From assembly GCA_035389145.1 (NCBI GenBank), contig DAOORH010000001.1:1-35250 (forward strand): a stretch of DNA of 35,250 nucleotides, written 5' to 3'. Source of the stretch: Cellvibrio sp. (lineage in GTDB: Bacteria > Pseudomonadota > Gammaproteobacteria > Pseudomonadales > Cellvibrionaceae). Under the pieces are notes generated by a model, which did no database searches, had not been told where the DNA came from, and saw only the letters and a list, made by a program, of their open reading frames with translations. This document shows positions 29,913 through 35,250 of this stretch, in pieces (position 1 is the stretch's first letter; each line of letters begins with the position of its first letter). Position numbers and translations under genes: made by a program.

Positions 29913-31763
29913 ATGAAGTTCAAAACATTATCACTCATCATCAGTTCACTTATTGCAACACACGCATTTGCTGCCGACGAAGTTGTTGTTACCGGCACCT
30001 ACAGCCCCGCCACCACGGAACAATTGGCCTCATCCGTTACAGTGATTAGTCAAGAGCAACTTCAAGCATTAAGCAGCCACAGCTTGGTTGATGCTTTACG
30101 CCAAGTGCCCAGCATTTGGGTCGAAGAACAAGGCGGTGCGGGTGGCCTCACTGCCATAGCACTGCGCGGTGCCGAAGCAAACCACACATTAGTACTATTA
30201 GATGGCGTACAACTTAACGACCCAACAAACACGCGCGGCGGCGCCTTTGATGTAAACAACATCAACATTGATTCTATTAAACGCATTGAAATTATTCGCG
30301 GTGCGCAATCAGCCATTTATGGTTCAGATGCCCTCGCAGGTGTAATTCATATCATCACCCTAGAGCCAACTAAAGCAGCACAACACAATTTGTCTGTTAC
30401 CGTAGGTGAAGACGGCTACAAAACCGCGAGCATCAGCACCTCAGGTTCCGTTGATCAATTCGGTTACGCCTTAAAAGTACAAAGTAAAGACGGTGGCGAT
30501 GCGATTGAAGGCAGCACCGCAAAAAATAAAGAAGCTCTCGCCAAATTAAATTGGCAAGCAGATGCTCACAGCATCGATTTTTCTTACCGTTATTTTGATG
30601 GCGAAAAAACTACTTTCCCCGAACAAAGCGGTGGCCCTTTGTTCGCCGTAGGCCGTGACCTTGATATGAGTGACTTTACCGATCAAAACGCAGCACTCGC
30701 CTGGCAATGGCAAGTGACTGGCGCGTGGCGCAGCAAAGTCCAAGCAAGCTGGTTTAATCGCGAAGAAGATTTAACATCACCGGGTGTTGTTAATGCCGTT
30801 CCCGCAAACGGTGCAGTTACTGATTTCACCCGCGAAAATTTCAGCTGGGTAAACACCATCGGCGATGAGAAAAAGCTCTGGGCGAACATCGGCCTAGAAA
30901 CCAAACACGAAACAGGTGATAGCGTAGGCTATGTCGATTTTGGTTTCCCACTACCAACAGATTTCAATTTGGATCGCCGTATTAACAGCGCATTTGTTAA
31001 TGTGAACATGTACGCAACATCCGATTTCTTAATTCAAGCCAGCGTACGTTGCGATGATGCCGATGGCCTGAGCGCAAAAGACAGCGGCCAAGGTGGTGTG
31101 CGTTATCAAATTAACGAAAACTTGAGCTGGTTTGCCAATGCGGGTAAAGGGTTTAAATTGCCCAGCTTCTTGGCACTCGGCCACGGTTTAATCGGCAACA
31201 AAAATTTAAAACCAGAGTTATCAACCACACGCGATACCGGTGTGGAATGGTCTGCAAATAACACCACTATCAACCTCAGTTTCTTTAGAAACACCTATAA
31301 AGATTTAATTGATTTTGATAACGAGCTATTTACCAACGTGAACCGCGATTTGGTGGATACCCGTGGTGTTGAAACAGAAATTCATTGGCACACACAAGAC
31401 AATCAATGGCAACTTGGCGCACATGCAAGCTATGCGGATATTGATGCGGAAAATCCATTAATGGGTAGACCGCAAGTGAAAGCGGGCGCAAACGCCGTTT
31501 ATGTACTCAATAATGAGTGGCAATTTAACGCCAACTATTTGTGGGTAGATGATCGCCTTGCTGCCAGCCGCTACACAGGCGATGGCGTAGTTGAAACCTT
31601 GGATAAATATAATCGTTTAGATCTTGGTGCAAAATGGACAATCAATACTCACCTCAACATCCACGTTCGTCTTGAAAATATTACCGATGAAGAGTACTTC
31701 AACGACATCGGCTTCCCAGCCATTGGTCGCAGTGGTTTAGTGGGTGTAAATGTTTCGTTTTAA
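29913..31763 (+). CDS. TonB-dependent outer membrane receptor, 616 aa
   Basis: Signal peptide from MKFKTL, TonB-box-like EVVVTG, plug motifs LVLLDG and RIEIIRGAQSAIYGSDALAGVI, ENITD near the end, terminal Phe. Confidence 0.93.
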   Translation: MKFKTLSLIISSLIATHAFAADEVVVTGTYSPATTEQLASSVTVISQEQLQALSSHSLVDALRQVPSIWVEEQGGAGGLTAIALRGAEANHTLVLLDGVQLNDPTNTRGGAFDVNNINIDSIKRIEIIRGAQSAIYGSDALAGVIHIITLEPTKAAQHNLSVTVGEDGYKTASISTSGSVDQFGYALKVQSKDGGDAIEGSTAKNKEALAKLNWQADAHSIDFSYRYFDGEKTTFPEQSGGPLFAVGRDLDMSDFTDQNAALAWQWQVTGAWRSKVQASWFNREEDLTSPGVVNAVPANGAVTDFTRENFSWVNTIGDEKKLWANIGLETKHETGDSVGYVDFGFPLPTDFNLDRRINSAFVNVNMYATSDFLIQASVRCDDADGLSAKDSGQGGVRYQINENLSWFANAGKGFKLPSFLALGHGLIGNKNLKPELSTTRDTGVEWSANNTTINLSFFRNTYKDLIDFDNELFTNVNRDLVDTRGVETEIHWHTQDNQWQLGAHASYADIDAENPLMGRPQVKAGANAVYVLNNEWQFNANYLWVDDRLAASRYTGDGVVETLDKYNRLDLGAKWTINTHLNIHVRLENITDEEYFNDIGFPAIGRSGLVGVNVSF

Positions 31764-31807
31764 TATTTTTCGACCCTAGGGTCGGTTTAAATAGTAAAAC
31801 CAAAATG

Positions 31808-31867
31808 AATACTGCTCGATTCAATCAACGGCTCAGTGCCATGAATTGAATTTAGCAGTATTTTTTT
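31808..31867 (+). terminator. Long imperfect hairpin with T-run after the receptor gene
   Basis: AATACTGCTCGATTCAATCA (31808-31827) pairs with TGAATTGAATTTAGCAGTATT (31842-31862) and runs into a T7 tract. Confidence 0.6.
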
Positions 31868-31874
31868 AACTCTA

Positions 31875-31915
31875 TTGACCCGCATCAAGATTGCAACGTC
31901 AGCAACTGATTTAAT
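31875..31915 (+). promoter_or_regulatory. FNR/Anr box with class II promoter
   Basis: TTGACCCGCATCAA (31875-31888) matches TTGAY-N4-ATCAA. An extended -10 TGaTTTAAT at 31907-31915 places the box centre near -41.5. Confidence 0.75.
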
Positions 31916-31940
31916 GCGAGGGTATCAATAGGAGTTATCC

Positions 31941-32243
31941 ATGAGACAACGCATGTACAAAAAAATGGCCGGAACCTCCGCCATCTTTATACCCGCCGAT
32001 TTTGCAAGTGCTTCACCCGTTGAACGCGATGGTTTAGCGTGGACAGATACAGAATTAAGCATGCCCTCCAGCCCACAAACAATGCAATGGAAAGCCCCTC
32101 TGGTCAGCAGCTTGGCGCTTGAAGGCTTAGAAGAATACGAGCCTCCATCCACTGGCGACGCGCGTTATGTCACTAATCTTGGAATGGCGTTTGTGTACAA
32201 CGGAAAAATTCGCGGCTGGGTTGCACTCACAGACTATGCCTAA
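31941..32243 (+). CDS. Hypothetical cytoplasmic protein, 100 aa
   Basis: AGGAG RBS 6 nt before the ATG, its own promoter, non-overlapping position. No family recognised. Confidence 0.8.
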   Translation: MRQRMYKKMAGTSAIFIPADFASASPVERDGLAWTDTELSMPSSPQTMQWKAPLVSSLALEGLEEYEPPSTGDARYVTNLGMAFVYNGKIRGWVALTDYA

Positions 32244-32359
32244 GTGCTTAATTGTTCGAAGGTGAATGGGTGAGTATTTAAGCGAGATTATTAAAAAGCG
32301 ACGTTTAAATTGCGCGTGGCCACTTCGGGTTTCAGCGAAAGAGCCTTAGAAAATTGGCA

Positions 32360-32743
32360 TCACAAGGATGCCAATTCAGTTTCATTTTTGGGCAGACACT
32401 CTGCCACTTCTGCTTGCCAATTACACGCTGCCAGTATTTTTTTACAGAGATGACTCTCTACCTCTGCCGATAAATCACTCAGGCCGATGACATCAAAATC
32501 TGGATCAACGTCATCCAAGGTCACATCAAATCTAAACTCACCTTCTTTAGACGCCTTGCCCACGGCAATCCAATTAAATTCCACTTCAATATCACCAGAC
32601 ACCAAGGTTGCGCACCCTTCAGCACTTAGTGTTACTGAGGGGCTTTTTCTGTCTGCTGAAAAATGAATGAGCTCACAGTCAGCAACGTAAAATTTACGCG
32701 TCAATACAGACTCAAATTCATCTAGCTGTGGTTTGTGACTCAT
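32360..32743 (-). CDS. Hypothetical acidic protein, 127 aa
   Basis: The ATG lies 2 nt after the MFS stop, with AAGG/GGT just upstream inside the MFS 3' end. It fills the gap. No family recognised. Confidence 0.7.
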   Translation of the reverse strand: MSHKPQLDEFESVLTRKFYVADCELIHFSADRKSPSVTLSAEGCATLVSGDIEVEFNWIAVGKASKEGEFRFDVTLDDVDPDFDVIGLSDLSAEVESHLCKKILAACNWQAEVAECLPKNETELASL

Positions 32744-32745
32744 GA

Positions 32746-34026
32746 TTATTTACCCAAGGATTTTGATAACGCGAAAGCAGCAAGTAGCGTTAATACACCT
32801 GCAATTGAAATGTAATAACCCACAAATGAAAGACCATAGCTGGTGGCTAACCAGCTCGCAATTGCAGGCGTTAAAGACGCGCCTATAATGCCCGCCACGT
32901 TAAAACTCAGTGACGCACCCGTGTAACGCACTTCAGTAGGGAAAATTTCTGCCAGCGCCGTGCCGAGTGAGCCATAGGTCAAACCCATTACCCCAAAACC
33001 CAGCGACAACGCAATTAACACCCCAAGGCTTGAACCAGAATTTAACATAGGCGCAAAACCCACCCCAAACACCATCACCGCCAATCCAGACATCATTAAC
33101 ATAGCGCGACGGCCAATTTTGTCGGCAATCAACGCAGACACCCAAATGGTAATAATGAACGCAAAGACCGCATACAATTGCAGAATTAAAAAATCTTCGC
33201 GGGTATAGCCCAATTTACTGGTTCCCCAACCGAGGGAAAACACCGTCGTAATATAAAACACTGCGAAAGCTGCAATCGCCAAAAACGCACCCAAAATGGT
33301 AACGCGCATATGTTGCGTCAACACTGTCACCATAGGAACACGCACACGCTTATCGGTGTCAATTGCCTGCTGGAATGCCGGCGTCTCTTCCAAACTCAAA
33401 CGCACATACAACCCCACAATCACCAACAACGCACTCGCCACAAACGGAATACGCCAGCCCCAACTTAAAAAATCCGCATCACTTAAATTGTGCGTTAACA
33501 ATAGAAAGACACCGGTTGAACAAATAAACCCAATGGGCGCACCAAACTGCGGAAACATGCCATACCACGCGCGTTTGCCTTCTGGCGCATTCTCAGTGGC
33601 CAACAACACCGCCCCGCCCCATTCGCCGCCCAAACCAATCCCCTGCCCTATACGACACAAACACAACAACACGGTTGCAGTGATCCCTATGGATTCATAG
33701 GTAGGCAATAAACCAATAACCACCGTGGAAATACCCATGGTCATCAAAGCCGCCACCAAGGTCGCCTTGCGGCCGATGCGATCACCATAATGCCCAAACA
33801 ACGCCGAGCCGATAGGTCGCGCAAAGAACGCCAAAGCAAAAGTCGCCAACGATTGCAAAGCCGCAATAGTGGGATCACCTTGAGGAAAGAATAATATGGG
33901 GAATACTAAGACGGCAGCAGTCGCATAAATATAGAAGTCGAAGAACTCGATGGTCGTGCCGATTAGGCTGGCGAAGAGGACTCGGAATGGGGAGTTGGAG
34001 GGCTTTGGTGTTTGCATTGGGGTCAC
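32746..34026 (-). CDS. yhjE: MFS transporter, metabolite:H+ symporter family (YhjE-like)
   Basis: ASLIGTTIEFFDFYIYATAA, FGHYGDRIGRK, GLGGEWGGA, ADKIGRR and EIFPTEVRYTG motifs; about 12 TM segments. The start may be the ATG at 34017. Confidence 0.88.
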   Translation of the reverse strand: MTPMQTPKPSNSPFRVLFASLIGTTIEFFDFYIYATAAVLVFPILFFPQGDPTIAALQSLATFALAFFARPIGSALFGHYGDRIGRKATLVAALMTMGISTVVIGLLPTYESIGITATVLLCLCRIGQGIGLGGEWGGAVLLATENAPEGKRAWYGMFPQFGAPIGFICSTGVFLLLTHNLSDADFLSWGWRIPFVASALLVIVGLYVRLSLEETPAFQQAIDTDKRVRVPMVTVLTQHMRVTILGAFLAIAAFAVFYITTVFSLGWGTSKLGYTREDFLILQLYAVFAFIITIWVSALIADKIGRRAMLMMSGLAVMVFGVGFAPMLNSGSSLGVLIALSLGFGVMGLTYGSLGTALAEIFPTEVRYTGASLSFNVAGIIGASLTPAIASWLATSYGLSFVGYYISIAGVLTLLAAFALSKSLGK

Positions 34027-34406
34027 TTTGGTTATTTTTTGTTGTTGGGTTGGAGTTGCTTCAGGAGCGCATTATATCCCTAGGTTGCACATCCAAACGA
34101 CTTTATAGGCATGCGGCATTGATGATTAAAACTTTATCCTGAAATTTTCAGCCATTTTTGCAAAACTTGGCTTTGCAGTGTTAATTCTTTCCTGAAAAAT
34201 TAGAATACAATCGGTTCGAAGCCGCGCCCTTGGATTTATTCGGCCTAAACGCTTTTGTGCACTTTGTAGATTAGTGAGCTATTCGAAAGTGGTGATAGCA
34301 AACAACTACACAGGGCTGTAAAGGCCGTACAACATATCCTGTTAAACAACCCCCTTAATTTCTTAGGGTTAAAGCCACCAAAAATCTATATGTATGGAGT
34401 TACACC

Positions 34407-35250
34407 ATGACTCGCAAAACTGCTAATGATTTTCATCCCGAAGTATTAAAGCTTTTTGACCAATATGTTCACGGTCAATCGTCGCGTCGCGATTTTTTAA
34501 CCGGTGCAGCAAAATATGCAGTCGCAGGTGTTACCGCAGCAGGTTTATTGGATGCGCTTAGCCCCCGGTTTGCAGAAGCACAACAAGTAAGCCCGAGCGA
34601 TAAATCCATTAAAATAAGCTACGAAGAGTTCCCTTCGCCCAATGGCACCGGAAAAATTCGCGGCTACTTAGTAAAGCCGGCTAAAGCTAAAGGAAAATTA
34701 CCCACAGTTTTAGTGGTGCATGAAAACCGTGGCCTAAATCCGCACATTGAAGATATTGCACGCCGATTGGCGAAAGATAATTTTATTGCGTTTGCTCCCG
34801 ATGCACTCTTTAGCTTGGGCGGCTACCCCGGCGATGAAGAAAAAGCGCGCGAGCTATTCTCTAAACTCGACCAACCTAAAATCACCGAGGACTTTGTGAC
34901 AGCTGCCGATGTTCTTAAACATTTGCCCGGTGGCAATGGCAAAGTGGGTGTAGTTGGCTTCTGTTATGGTGGAGCTATTTCTAACACCTTGGCAACACGC
35001 ATTGCTGACTTGGGCGGCGCAGTTCCTTTTTATGGCAGACAGCCTGAAGAGGCCGATGTTGCCAACATTAAAGCGCCGCTCTTAATTCACTACGCGGGTG
35101 TAGATGAACGTGTAAACGCAGGCTGGCCAAAATATGAAGCCGCCTTAAAAGCCAATGGTATTAAATATGAAGCTTTTATTTATCCCGATGTACAACATGG
35201 CTTCAACAATGACACTACCCCACGTTACGATGAAAAAGCAGCCAAGCTTG
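34407..35250 (+). CDS. Dienelactone hydrolase family protein, YghX-like; runs off the window edge and is not in the ORF track
   Basis: GGAG RBS. Manual translation begins MTRKTANDFHPEVLKLFDQYVHGQSSRRDFL (Tat-like SRRDFL) and includes VVHENRGLNPHIEDIARR, nucleophile motif GFCYGG and HGFNNDTTPRYD. Confidence 0.92.
   Translation, partial: MTRKTANDFHPEVLKLFDQYVHGQSSRRDFLTGAAKYAVAGVTAAGLLDALSPRFAEAQQVSPSDKSIKISYEEFPSPNGTGKIRGYLVKPAKAKGKLPTVLVVHENRGLNPHIEDIARRLAKDNFIAFAPDALFSLGGYPGDEEKARELFSKLDQPKITEDFVTAADVLKHLPGGNGKVGVVGFCYGGAISNTLATRIADLGGAVPFYGRQPEEADVANIKAPLLIHYAGVDERVNAGWPKYEAALKANGIKYEAFIYPDVQHGFNNDTTPRYDEKAAKL

Noticed and set aside
31873-31930. Alternative hairpin TATTGACCCGCAT...ATGCGAGGGTATCAATA as an ncRNA
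   Set aside because: The pairing is imperfect and spans the predicted promoter. The FNR box with correct -10 spacing explains the sequence better.
34206-34216. The 11-mer TACAATCGGTT also occurs at 25463-25473
   Set aside because: A shared 11-mer among several kb of AT-rich intergenic DNA is expected by chance, and this copy lacks the rest of the palindrome.
34260-34380. Weak hairpins and GCAAAC/AGGGC words suggesting a c-di-GMP-I riboswitch
   Set aside because: The order and spacing of the motif elements do not fit the GEMM consensus.

Overview
A gammaproteobacterial chromosome segment. Gene content and a poly-Ser-linked secreted enzyme suggest Cellvibrionaceae, which is an inference. Bases 1-24.5 kb are mostly minus-strand housekeeping genes. 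In transcription order they are glyA; an inserted two-gene secreted metallopeptidase locus; nrdR-ribD-RDD-ribE-hyp-ribBX-ribH-nusB-thiL-pgpA-ribA-dapB-yedI; carA-carB-greA; then, past the plus-strand yhbY, ftsH-small membrane ORF-folP-glmM and probably the start of tpiA. Bases 24.6-35.25 kb are accessory: ygjP, a DUF1080 gene plus a 1101-aa cytochrome c/beta-propeller protein and a TonB-dependent receptor, two hypotheticals, a YhjE-type MFS transporter and a YghX-type dienelactone hydrolase cut by the window edge. The most interesting observations are six. (1) A reprolysin-like (M12) peptidase lacks a pro-domain, while the gene upstream looks like a stand-alone, membrane-anchored pro-domain. 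(2) The same peptidase carries an unassigned module after a Ser linker. (3) An unannotated 58-aa two-helix membrane ORF lies between ftsH and its terminator. (4) rlmE is missing and a sigma32-like promoter sits directly before ftsH. (5) A class II FNR/Anr promoter precedes a 100-aa unknown protein. (6) There is a candidate periplasmic oxidative glycoside-cleavage cassette. No rRNA, tRNA, CRISPR array, transposase or integrase was seen. All family assignments come from motif recognition by eye, without database searches.
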